The translations under genes and the position numbers were made by a program. The notes below the pieces were generated by a model that saw nothing but the letters and a program-made list of their open reading frames with translations, searched no databases and was not told where the DNA came from. DNA of 36,588 bases from Alphaproteobacteria bacterium (lineage in GTDB: Bacteria > Pseudomonadota > Alphaproteobacteria > Micavibrionales > UBA2020): positions 1-36,588 of the forward strand of contig JAQSWE010000015.1 in NCBI GenBank assembly GCA_029266795.1. The letters run 5' to 3'. Shown here in pieces: positions 25,001 through 31,962 of this stretch. Positions within the stretch are counted from its first letter, which is position 1. The number at the start of each line of letters is the position of its first letter.

Positions 25001-26731
25001 GTCGGACAGCGGCACGGGTTTGGATTCATGGTACACCTTCAGGCGGTATTCGCCCTTGGGCGCCGCATGCAGGCGGTAGAATTCGACGCGGATATCGTCC
25101 TTGCCGTCGTGATGCACCATCGTTTCCAGCTGGCGGATGTCGTGCACGGCGTTGCGGATTTCGATGGACTCGTGATAGGCGGAGGGGAAGGCGCGGCCAT
25201 AGGTAAAGGCCAGTTCTTCGCCCTTGATCTTGCCATAGACGTCGATCAGGACTTTTTTCAGGCGCTCGGCCCATTCGCGGGACAGCTCGATCAGCTGCGC
25301 TTCCAGCTTCGCATGGTCATAGGACGCGCCACCGTCTTCGACGCGCACGGTGAACAAGAGACGCGCGAGCAGGCTGTCATCGAGCGTCGTGAAGAAATTC
25401 GCGACGCGGCCATTCAGGCCGTGTTCCAGTATGCGCTCCGCCTGCAGGCGGAATTTCGTGTTGTAGCGGTCGCGCGGCACGTAGAGCAGGCAGGACATAT
25501 GCTTGCCCATCGTGTCCATGTGGGAGAACAGCGCGACGCGCTGCTTGATCTGCAGGCGCAGGATTCCGAGCGCAAGTTTCTGCAGGTCTTCGGCGGAGAC
25601 CTGGAACAATTCGTCGCGCGGCATTTTTTCGAGGATATGCTCCAGCGCCTTGTAGTCATGCGTGCCGCGGATGAAGCCGCCATGCTCGATCGTTTCCGCC
25701 ACTTTCTGGCGCACCATCGGGATCTCGCTCGTGCGGCAGGAATATGTCGAGGAGGTGAACAGGCCGACGAAGATATGCATGCCGGTCAGCTCGCCCTTGT
25801 CGTTCACTTTTTTGACGACGATGGCATCCATCGGGACGCGGCGGTGGACGGTCGAAATTTCTCCCACCAGCTTGCCGATCGAGACAGCCCAGCGGCTTGC
25901 ACGAAGTCCTTCGATCAGGCGGTTTTCGGCATCGTCGCCGATTTCGATCACGCGGCCGCCTTTCAGCACGCCGAGGCTGGAACCCGCCAGCGTCGCCGCC
26001 TTGCCGCCCGCGACGTTATAGGCGCGGTAGCCGAGCAGCGTGAAATTGTTGTTTTTGACATAGGCGAGGAAATCGCGGGATTCCTGCAAATCATGCTTGT
26101 CGTGGTTCTTGGCAAAGCCGGCCTCGAATACAGACACGTCGTCGATTTTCGCCAGCATGGCGCGCCAGTCGGATGTTGCCGCGCGCACGTCGTTCAATGT
26201 TTGTTCAAGCGCCGTTTGCAATTTGCGCATCGCATCGGTCGTCAGCATCTGTTCCAGCTGTACATACACGCAAGATTCCACCAGTTTCGCATCAGCATGC
26301 TTGCCGGCCTGAACCGATTTCAGCTTGCTGCCCTCGCGCTTGACGGAAAGGATCGGGTGGAACAGCACATCGATGTTGAAACCGTGGCTGAGCAGGGCGG
26401 AGGCGATTGAATCGATGATGAAAGGCATGTCGTCGTTGACGATCTGGATGACCGTATGCGGTATATGCCAGCCGTCGCGTTTCAGCTCGGGGTTGAAGAC
26501 GCGGACTTTCAGCTGGCCGCTCGCCCTCTCTCCTGCCCAGTCGCACATCGAACCCGCAACGCGGGAAAGATCTTCCGCCTTCCAGCCCTGCAAATCATCG
26601 GGCGGAACCTGCTGGTAAAAAGCGGAGAGGAATTCGTGCAGCAGCTGGTTTTCTTTTTTCGCTCCCTTCCCTTCTCGCGACGCGATCAATGCGTTTTGGA
26701 TAAGGCGGTCTTTTTGGGGCGACTTGGACAT
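22037..26731 (-). CDS. gdhB: NAD-specific glutamate dehydrogenase, giant (~180 kDa) class
   Basis: About 1565 aa from ATG 26731 (MSKSPQKDRLIQ...). The size class (about 1600 aa) matches the large bacterial GDHs. Catalytic-region blocks such as VPVGAKGGFV, GPDPYLVVAADKGTATFS and GDMAGDVFGNG are present. Confidence 0.9.
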   Translation of the reverse strand: MSKSPQKDRLIQNALIASREGKGAKKENQLLHEFLSAFYQQVPPDDLQGWKAEDLSRVAGSMCDWAGERASGQLKVRVFNPELKRDGWHIPHTVIQIVNDDMPFIIDSIASALLSHGFNIDVLFHPILSVKREGSKLKSVQAGKHADAKLVESCVYVQLEQMLTTDAMRKLQTALEQTLNDVRAATSDWRAMLAKIDDVSVFEAGFAKNHDKHDLQESRDFLAYVKNNNFTLLGYRAYNVAGGKAATLAGSSLGVLKGGRVIEIGDDAENRLIEGLRASRWAVSIGKLVGEISTVHRRVPMDAIVVKKVNDKGELTGMHIFVGLFTSSTYSCRTSEIPMVRQKVAETIEHGGFIRGTHDYKALEHILEKMPRDELFQVSAEDLQKLALGILRLQIKQRVALFSHMDTMGKHMSCLLYVPRDRYNTKFRLQAERILEHGLNGRVANFFTTLDDSLLARLLFTVRVEDGGASYDHAKLEAQLIELSREWAERLKKVLIDVYGKIKGEELAFTYGRAFPSAYHESIEIRNAVHDIRQLETMVHHDGKDDIRVEFYRLHAAPKGEYRLKVYHESKPVPLSDILPVLDAMQNLEETFIQVWKGRAESDGLNQLVLRANLNWREVMVLRTYSGYMRQARLPYSRVYIEQTLAAYPQIARELVEMFKLLHDPKAGAKSAEKARLAGEKIIEMLGGVQKLDHDRILRSYKTLIEKTLRTSYFQTDENGQPKNLLAVKLDSKNIIELPLPRPHVEIYVYSTRVEAIHLRGGDIARGGIRWSDRHEDFRTEVLSLMKAQQVKNTVIVPVGAKGGFVVKQPPKTGGRDAYLQEGVDCYKIFVQALLDLTDNSVKGKIVRPKDVVCHDGPDPYLVVAADKGTATFSNHANGLSVKAGFWLGDAFASGGATGYDHKGIAITARGGWECVKRHFREMGTDIQKQPFTTVGVGDMAGDVFGNGVLLSKQMKLLAAFNHVHIFCDPNPDPASSFVERQRMFDNRLGWDGYNKDKISAGGGVFDRSAKTIKLSAAIKKAFDISEDSVTPDELIRSIMKAQVDLIWLGGIGTFIKSAAQSHADADDKTNDNLRVDAKDVRAKVIGEGANLGTTQLARVEYARNGGRINTDFIDNSGGVDCSDHEVNIKILLSDVVGRGKLSMEARNKLMADMTEEVSELVLRDNYQQSQSLSLQQKIARDQLGMHIDLIRHLEKSGLIKRSLEGLPDDEALGRLTKERGGLTRPELCILTSWAKIDIYNELLKTDVPDDARMEGLLFDYFPKALHKYKDEIKAHRLRREIIATQLVNMIVNRMGPVFVMSRMQKTGAPLGEVVKAFIIVMESYALPQMWAAIEALDNKVPATVQLDALNEVFVVAKRTVTWYLRFGGGDLNVGKEVEAFQPGVEMLKKSVAKIVPEGLHVSVQEDEKHFAESGMTPALASDIAVAKLLSSATDITSIARRSGADIKAIAEMYFVVGDRLGLVWLRRKVAELVPQTSWQARIMGGLTDDFYIHQAALTMAFAGSVKKNAKPDRAMVDKWFAENSVRTNKINALVNELRTQPQVDLDMLVLVSQRIGQLVHQAK

Positions 26732-26896
26732 GCGAAACACCTGCTGTATAAGGATTTTTGCTTCCTCAATCATACGCCTGAGGCATGGACAATTAGTTAA
26801 ACCAAGCAGGGACAATTGCCAACCGAAAACGGAAGCCAAAATCATCATAAAATCCGGTACTTAAGGGGTAAAATCTATGCTGCGGTGCAGCGTCCG

Positions 26897-27106
26897 TCAG
26901 AGGTCGTCATCGGGCTCGGGTAGGTGCGCGCAGAACAGGGCGAAAAGGGGCCCGATGCCCGGCAGCAGCACCGCAAAAACAGACCACCAGACACGGAACG
27001 GTACGCGTTCTTTTTCGGTCGCCGGCGGGTTCGGCCAAAGACGGTTGAGCACCACCGCGCAGAGCACAAGATGCACGGCCAAAAAAATCCAGAGGTTCTG
27101 TTCCAT
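26897..27106 (-). CDS. Small 2-TM membrane protein, PLD-nuclease N-terminal (PLDc_N)-like
   Basis: 69 aa. WIFLAVHLVLCAVVL, then WWSVFAVLLPGIGPLFALF, resembling the P-x-I/V-G-P-L motif of PLDc_N mini-proteins. Confidence 0.55.
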   Translation of the reverse strand: MEQNLWIFLAVHLVLCAVVLNRLWPNPPATEKERVPFRVWWSVFAVLLPGIGPLFALFCAHLPEPDDDL

Positions 27107-27254
27107 GTCGGGGAATGCCTTTGCGGGGCGCAGCTATAGAGCCTGATTAGATTCTCTCAACTTTGATCTCAAGTTTCAACGGTTTTTTGCGTGTATAACG
27201 CGTTGTCACGCGCAGTTCCGCAAGGGCGGCAACGGCTTGCGCGGAAAATAATTT

Positions 27255-27292
27255 TTTGAAAAAGAGGCCGCGCGTCACGCGTCGTCACGCGG
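27255..27292 (-). terminator. Probable terminator after the 27296-27532 gene
   Basis: The minus-strand RNA ccgcgtgacgacgcgtgacgcgcgg folds with 7 closing pairs and is followed by cctctttttc. The stem is built from a 10-bp tandem repeat, cgtcacgcgt/cgtcacgcgg. Confidence 0.45.
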
Positions 27293-27295
27293 TTT

Positions 27296-27532
27296 TTAGC
27301 CGCGTTTTGGCTTCTGCGGCTGTGGCGCGGGCTTTGATTCGTCATTCGCATGGAGGCCCGCACTACGCACCGATCCGCAAGACGCGGGATCGAACACCGA
27401 TGCCAGCACGGCTTCGCGCCAATCCACGCCCTTGCCCTGCGGCAGCACGCTGTCGATCATCTCGGGCGCGGCTGCGCCGAGGCTTTCCAGCCAGGTTTTC
27501 AGCGCATCGGTTTGCTTTTTATCTGCCGTCAT
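27296..27532 (-). CDS. 78-aa hypothetical protein
   Basis: MTADKKQTDALKTWLESLGAAAPEMIDSVLPQGKGVDWREAVL... Third-position GC and codon choice match neighbouring genes. The opposite-strand ORFs look like antisense artefacts. Confidence 0.45.
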   Translation of the reverse strand: MTADKKQTDALKTWLESLGAAAPEMIDSVLPQGKGVDWREAVLASVFDPASCGSVRSAGLHANDESKPAPQPQKPKRG

Positions 27533-27683
27533 TTCTTGAACAACCCCGTTAAAATAACCAACCAATAATACGGGAATCGTATTAAAGATTTCTTAACAAA
27601 ATAATCCCATATCATCTTGCCATATTTACCGTGCCTTAACCCCCATGTGACAGAATACGTCTAGTTTTGAAAATGGGGACGAT

Positions 27684-28628
27684 ATGCTTCACGCCTTTTC
27701 CAGCACCGCACGAAAGGAATTGCCCGCCGGGCAACGCGGCGCGCTGCTGGCCGTGATCGCGGGGCATTTGTCGGAAGGCCATGCGACGGAAGCGGCCTGC
27801 GCGCTGCGCCAATATGCCGCCGTTGAATCCGACACCGGCATGCTGGATACCGTCATCACCAAAACGCTCAACACGCTGTCAGAAACCGCGCATGACAAGC
27901 TGCCCGATGTTTTCACCGGCTTGTTCGCCCATACCTCCCAGCCCGCCGCGCATATGCTGTTCGCGCAGAAGCTGTTTGAAAACGCCCGCGATATCACCTG
28001 CGACAAGGCCTTCGACGGTTTGCTGGAGGTGTCTCACAAGGACAAGGCGCTCGCCCGCTACACGGTCAAGAAAATGGACGCCGTTATCTGCGCCTTTGCC
28101 GATGCGAAGAAAATCCCGGATTTCAAGGAACGCGTCGCGCTGATCGGCGCGATTGGCTTGGGCCATGCCGCGAATGAAGAAAAACTGAAACACACCGCGC
28201 GCCATCTGCTGCTGGAAGAAATGGCGAAGGCGCGTGACGCGGCATCAATTGCCACCATCCTGCGCGCGACCGTGAAACAGAATACCCCCGATGCGGAGAT
28301 TGATAACGCGGCGGCGGAACGCTGGGCCGCGATTGTCGCCCCCCTGCCCCGCGCCGAAAAATTCAAGGCAGCTTTGGATGTGGCCGAAGTGCTGAACAAA
28401 CCGCGCGCCAACCATATTGAACACGGCAAGACTTTCGCCGCCGCCCTGCGCACCATTATCTCCGTCGCGCAGGATTGCAGCAAAGAAGGCGGCCTGCCCG
28501 AAAACGTCACGCTGGCCCTGATCGGCATCGTGCGCGAAGGCTTCGACAAAACCGGCGCCGCCACGCAAGCGCTAAAACAAGCGGCGGCGAAGCCGAAGTT
28601 CTCGCTGAAGAATTTCCTGCATATTTAA
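27684..28628 (+). CDS. 314-aa all-helical hypothetical protein
   Basis: GGGGA Shine-Dalgarno upstream of the ATG and a strong terminator downstream. Ala/Leu/Lys-rich, helical-repeat-like sequence. No family recognised. Confidence 0.6.
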   Translation: MLHAFSSTARKELPAGQRGALLAVIAGHLSEGHATEAACALRQYAAVESDTGMLDTVITKTLNTLSETAHDKLPDVFTGLFAHTSQPAAHMLFAQKLFENARDITCDKAFDGLLEVSHKDKALARYTVKKMDAVICAFADAKKIPDFKERVALIGAIGLGHAANEEKLKHTARHLLLEEMAKARDAASIATILRATVKQNTPDAEIDNAAAERWAAIVAPLPRAEKFKAALDVAEVLNKPRANHIEHGKTFAAALRTIISVAQDCSKEGGLPENVTLALIGIVREGFDKTGAATQALKQAAAKPKFSLKNFLHI

Positions 28629-28640
28629 AATTCCGCGCAT

Positions 28641-28677
28641 AAAAAAAGCCCCGCTGTTTCCAGCGGGGCTTTTTTTG
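28641..28677. terminator. Bidirectional terminator between 27684-28628 and ahpC
   Basis: aaaaaaagccccgctg-tttc-cagcggggcttttttt: a perfect 10-bp stem flanked by A and T runs. Confidence 0.8.
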
Positions 28678-28688
28678 AGTGAAAGCGA

Positions 28689-29234
28689 TTACGCCGCTTT
28701 TTTCGACAGGGTGTCTTCGCCCTTGTTCCAGTTGCACTGGCACAGTTCGTCGGTTTGCAGCGCGTCGAGGATCCGCAGGACTTCGTTTACGTTGCGGCCG
28801 ACTTTCAGGTCATTCACCGAAACGTGGCGAATGACGCCGTTGGGGTCGACGACGAAGGTCGCGCGGTTGCAGACGCCCGCTTCCGCATGCAGGATGCCGA
28901 GCGCGGTCGAGAGTTCGCGCTTGATATCGGACAGCATCGGGAAGGGCAGGTCTTTCAGGTCTTTGTGGTTCTGTTTCCAGGCGAGGTGGACATAGTCGCT
29001 GTCGGTCGAGAGACCGAGCACCTGTGCGTCGCGGTCAGCGAAGTCTTTGTTCAGCTTGCCGAACGAAGCGATTTCGGTGGGGCAGACGAAGGTGAAATCT
29101 TTCGGCCATGCGAACAGCACCAGCCATTTGCCTTTGAAGGAAGCGTTGGTCAGTTCCTTAAAAGCGGTTTTCTGGTCGTCGGAAACGACGCCGGTGAGTT
29201 TGAATTCGGGGAATTTCTGGCCGATTGTCAGCAT
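28689..29234 (-). CDS. ahpC: Peroxiredoxin AhpC (actinobacterial/AhpD-partnered type)
   Basis: MLTIGQKFPEF..., WPKDFTFVCPTEI (peroxidatic Cys), LPFPMLSDIKRELS, and DELCQCNW (resolving Cys region). Strongly resembles my recollection of M. tuberculosis AhpC. Confidence 0.9.
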   Translation of the reverse strand: MLTIGQKFPEFKLTGVVSDDQKTAFKELTNASFKGKWLVLFAWPKDFTFVCPTEIASFGKLNKDFADRDAQVLGLSTDSDYVHLAWKQNHKDLKDLPFPMLSDIKRELSTALGILHAEAGVCNRATFVVDPNGVIRHVSVNDLKVGRNVNEVLRILDALQTDELCQCNWNKGEDTLSKKAA

Positions 29235-29389
29235 GTAAAGCACCTTTCGATTTTGTGTTCCAATATTGTGTGATGAAAATGGGGTTGAGGGGGCGAATTG
29301 TCAAGGATTCCCGCCAAATATTCACGCATTCCGCATGAAAGACTGTAGTTACAGTGCATTGCTAATATGTGATTATGTATAATGCAATG

Positions 29390-30202
29390 TCAGGCGAGAA
29401 TATTCACCGCAGGCGGTGCTCCTGACGTGGCGGCGGCCGCGACATGCTGGATCGCGCTGACAGCATCGCGCAGGGTGTTGTTACCGGCGGTAATGTCGCG
29501 GTTATTGGCGACGCCTTTTTCCTGCAGCCTGCGTTTGGCCGCCTCCAGAATGCGTTTGAGATCTTCCCGCGCATCCTTCGCGGCCTGTACGAATTCAGAA
29601 TCCGCGCGCCGTTTTTGGGCATCGACGGCAAGGGCGCTGCCCTGCTGCTGAATTTTGTCGCGCAGCGCGGCGCCTTCTGCCTCCCGCTGCTTTTTGATGT
29701 CGTCCAGCGCTTGGCGCACGGTTTCCGGCGTTGCGGCGGCGGGCTGTTCGGTGCCACCCGCTTGTGCGGCGGCATCGGCGGTTTGCGCCGTTGATGGGGC
29801 TACGGAGGGCGACGCGCCGCCGCCCGCGCTGCCATAGTCGCGCACAGCCTGTTTCAATTCATTCGCCAGTTGCGCAGCCTGCCGCGCGGCAGCTTCGGGA
29901 TTCACGGCGGCCAACATCCGCAGCATGGCGAGTTTTTCCTTGATCTGCTTGATTTTCTCGGCGGCATCGGCCTTGCGCTGTTCGGCCAAGCTGCTGCGCG
30001 AAGATTGCAGGCGTTGCAGCAGGTCCTGTGATTCCTGATACTGCTTGCGCAAATCCCTGGTTTTTTCTGGATCGGCTTTTTCAAGATGGTCGAGCAGCGC
30101 GTTTTGGGGAGATTGTTTTTTGGCGGCGGACACATTCGCGGCCCCCGTTTTCAGGAGCGAAATAAGCGTCGTCTGCGCGGTAAACGGCCCGAGCGCGGTC
30201 AT
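29390..30202 (-). CDS. 270-aa coiled-coil, low-complexity hypothetical protein
   Basis: ATG at 30202 has a GAAGG Shine-Dalgarno 8 nt upstream; the track start at 30226 is TTG. Long heptad-like stretches (KIKQIKEKLAMLRML, DDIKKQREAEGAALRDKIQQQ) flank an Ala/Gly/Pro-rich centre. Confidence 0.55.
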   Translation of the reverse strand: MTALGPFTAQTTLISLLKTGAANVSAAKKQSPQNALLDHLEKADPEKTRDLRKQYQESQDLLQRLQSSRSSLAEQRKADAAEKIKQIKEKLAMLRMLAAVNPEAAARQAAQLANELKQAVRDYGSAGGGASPSVAPSTAQTADAAAQAGGTEQPAAATPETVRQALDDIKKQREAEGAALRDKIQQQGSALAVDAQKRRADSEFVQAAKDAREDLKRILEAAKRRLQEKGVANNRDITAGNNTLRDAVSAIQHVAAAATSGAPPAVNILA

Positions 30203-30244
30203 GACAATACCTTCTGTATCCGACAAGTGAGGCCTACTGGCCTG

Positions 30245-30260
30245 TTCTATAATTATAGAA
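30245..30260. promoter_or_regulatory. Perfect 16-bp palindrome TTCTATAATTATAGAA containing TATAAT on both strands
   Basis: Read directly from the sequence. It sits 43 nt upstream of the ATG at 30202 in the 86-nt gap after the Cys-rich protein gene. Confidence 0.4.
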
Positions 30261-30312
30261 GAAAGTTATTAACGAGCCGTTGCGGCTTCAATCCCTTGGC
30301 ACTGCAGGGCTT

Positions 30313-31245
30313 TTAGTCGCAAGTGATATCGGTTTTGTAGAAATTCCCGATCGTCAGCTTGCCCGTTTCACCCTGGCAGGCGATTTTTTTGACCGGCGGC
30401 AGCAGGATTTGCGCGCGCATCGCCGTTTCGGCGGTCATTTTCACCAGCTGCTTCTGCTCTTCCTCGCGGCGCAGACGGTCGGTTTCATCCTTTGGCGGCG
30501 CGGGCGCTGGCGTATCCGCAGGCGCGGGATCGCGGATCAGCGGCGCGAGTGTGTCGTAAATGGCGTCGGCATGTTTTTTCGACGCCGGCGCGCGCGCCGC
30601 GACCGATAGCAGGAAAACGCGGTCATCGTCGCCTGCGCTGCGCAGACGATCCACCAGCACGGGCATAAACTTTTCGGCGGAGCCAGAGTCAGACAGCAAT
30701 TCCTGCGCAACGCTTTTCTGGATCGGCGTCAGCGCGTAATCGAGGCCGCCTGTGAATTGCAGGATGCGCCAGTCGTCGCGTTTCGGTGAATCGGGATAGG
30801 CGGCCAGCAGAAGTCCCGCCACCTGCCCGCGCACGAAATTTTGCTTGAGCGTGCCGTCATCCAGCGCAGCCTCCAACTGCGGCAGCTGTTTGCGCACGGT
30901 GTCGGCATAGGCAGGGTCGGAAAGATATTCCTGCAATTTCGGGATCGCCGCCGCTTCGCGCAATTTGCCCGAAAGGCTGCCCGCAATCAGGTCCATGATC
31001 GCACGCGGGTCATGCGCGGCGGGGGCGAGCATCAGCGGCGTCTGGTTCACGACCGCCAGCGGCACGCGCGGCGTGACGCCGCAGACGAAATCGCCGTGCA
31101 AGCCGGTATCGCAGCAGGCATAGGACGGCGCGACGCTGATTTTCTCCTCAGCTTTCAGCGCGCAGATAAATTCATAGCTGGTATAGGCGGTGATTTTCTT
31201 GCCGTCGCCCGTTCGGCGCGGCGCAGGACGCTTGCGCCGCATCAC
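30313..31245 (-). CDS. Cys-rich hypothetical protein; likely the body of a secreted protein whose signal peptide is in another frame
   Basis: 310-aa track ORF (GTG 31245 / ATG 31242). It has 7 Cys, including ACC and a C-terminal CQGETGKLTIGNFYKTDITCD. See the signal-peptide mini-ORF at 31172-31315. Confidence 0.6.
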   Translation of the reverse strand: MMRRKRPAPRRTGDGKKITAYTSYEFICALKAEEKISVAPSYACCDTGLHGDFVCGVTPRVPLAVVNQTPLMLAPAAHDPRAIMDLIAGSLSGKLREAAAIPKLQEYLSDPAYADTVRKQLPQLEAALDDGTLKQNFVRGQVAGLLLAAYPDSPKRDDWRILQFTGGLDYALTPIQKSVAQELLSDSGSAEKFMPVLVDRLRSAGDDDRVFLLSVAARAPASKKHADAIYDTLAPLIRDPAPADTPAPAPPKDETDRLRREEEQKQLVKMTAETAMRAQILLPPVKKIACQGETGKLTIGNFYKTDITCD

Positions 31246-31315
31246 CGGAAAACAGCGACGCCGCAGCGATGATGACCGCTGCGGCGCGCATAAATGATTT
31301 TGTATGGATTGCCAT
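31172..31315 (-). other. 47-codon ORF encoding a Sec signal peptide, coupled to the terD-like stop and out of frame with the 30313-31245 body
   Basis: ATG 31315-31313 shares its A with the upstream TGA (TGATG). Translation is MAIHTKSFMRAAAVIIAAASLFSGDAAQA/SCAAPNGRRQENHRLYQL, with the stop at 31174-31172. It is below the track size cutoff. Confidence 0.5.
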
Positions 31316-31929
31316 CACGGGGGTGCGACGTTGACACCGTAGTTGCGGGCGATTTCGAACAGCCCGCCTTTCGAGCCGGTGCCGATCGCCTTGAATTTCC
31401 AGCCCAAGCCCTCGCGGAACAGCTCGCCGAAAATCATGGCGTTGTCGGATCCTGCGTCTTCGGTCAGGTCGAAGCGGGCCAGTTCAGATCCGGTTTCGGA
31501 ATTGACGACGCGCATATAGGCGTTCTTGATGTCGCCGAAATTCTGCTGGCGGTCGTCGGCGTTGTGGATGGTGACGGCGAAGGCGACTTTTTCGATGTCG
31601 TAGGCGAGCGTATCGAGGCTGACCTTGATGACTTCGGCATCATCGGCGTCGCCTTCTTTCTTCTCGCCGGTCGTGTTGTCGCCCATGTGCTGGATCGCGC
31701 CGGAATCTGTTTCGAGGTTGTTGTAGAAAATGAAATCGGTGTCGCGGCGGACCTTGCCCTCGCGGTTCAGGATGAAGGCGGAGGCGTCGATGTCGACCGC
31801 ATGGCCGTCTTTCGTTTCGGGCGCTTCCCAGCCGAGGCCGATGAAGACCTTGTGCAATGACGGGTCGACGACAAGAAGATCGACTTCCTCGTCTTTCTTC
31901 ATGATTTCTTTTCGAAGACTGATACCCAT
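31315..31929 (-). CDS. TerD-domain stress protein
   Basis: 204 aa. VFIGLGWEA...VDIDASAFIL...DFIFYNNL...GDNTTGE..GDADDAEVIKVSL...IHNA...FGDIKNAYMRVVN...ELARFDLTED match the TerD family Ca-binding beta-sandwich motifs. GGAGGA Shine-Dalgarno upstream. Confidence 0.85.
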   Translation of the reverse strand: MGISLRKEIMKKDEEVDLLVVDPSLHKVFIGLGWEAPETKDGHAVDIDASAFILNREGKVRRDTDFIFYNNLETDSGAIQHMGDNTTGEKKEGDADDAEVIKVSLDTLAYDIEKVAFAVTIHNADDRQQNFGDIKNAYMRVVNSETGSELARFDLTEDAGSDNAMIFGELFREGLGWKFKAIGTGSKGGLFEIARNYGVNVAPP

Positions 31930-31962
31930 TTTACAAATCCTCCGGCAAAAAAATTTTAGTCG

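Noticed and set aside
22049-26410. Two very long plus-strand ORFs (609 and 811 aa) opposite the giant gdh gene
   Set aside because: They are exactly antisense to a gene with strong family identity. Their products are Arg/Ala/Gly/His/Asp-rich with no motifs, as expected when a GC3-rich gene is read in reverse. From memory, long antisense frames opposite large NAD-GDH genes are a known source of spurious annotations; I cannot verify that here.
26732-26848. N-terminal extension of the gdh ORF (MMILASVFGWQLSLLGLTNCPCLRR...)
   Set aside because: It is hydrophobic and Cys-rich and lies in AT-richer DNA. MSKSPQKDRL at 26731 is a more plausible start, though 26773 cannot be excluded.
27273-27292. 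10-bp tandem direct repeat cgtcacgcgt/cgtcacgcgg, plus a third gtcacgcg at 27205-27212, considered as a regulator-binding array
   Set aside because: Each unit contains the palindrome ACGCGT. The pair folds into a GC hairpin followed by a T run on the minus strand, directly after the stop at 27296. A rho-independent terminator is the simpler explanation.
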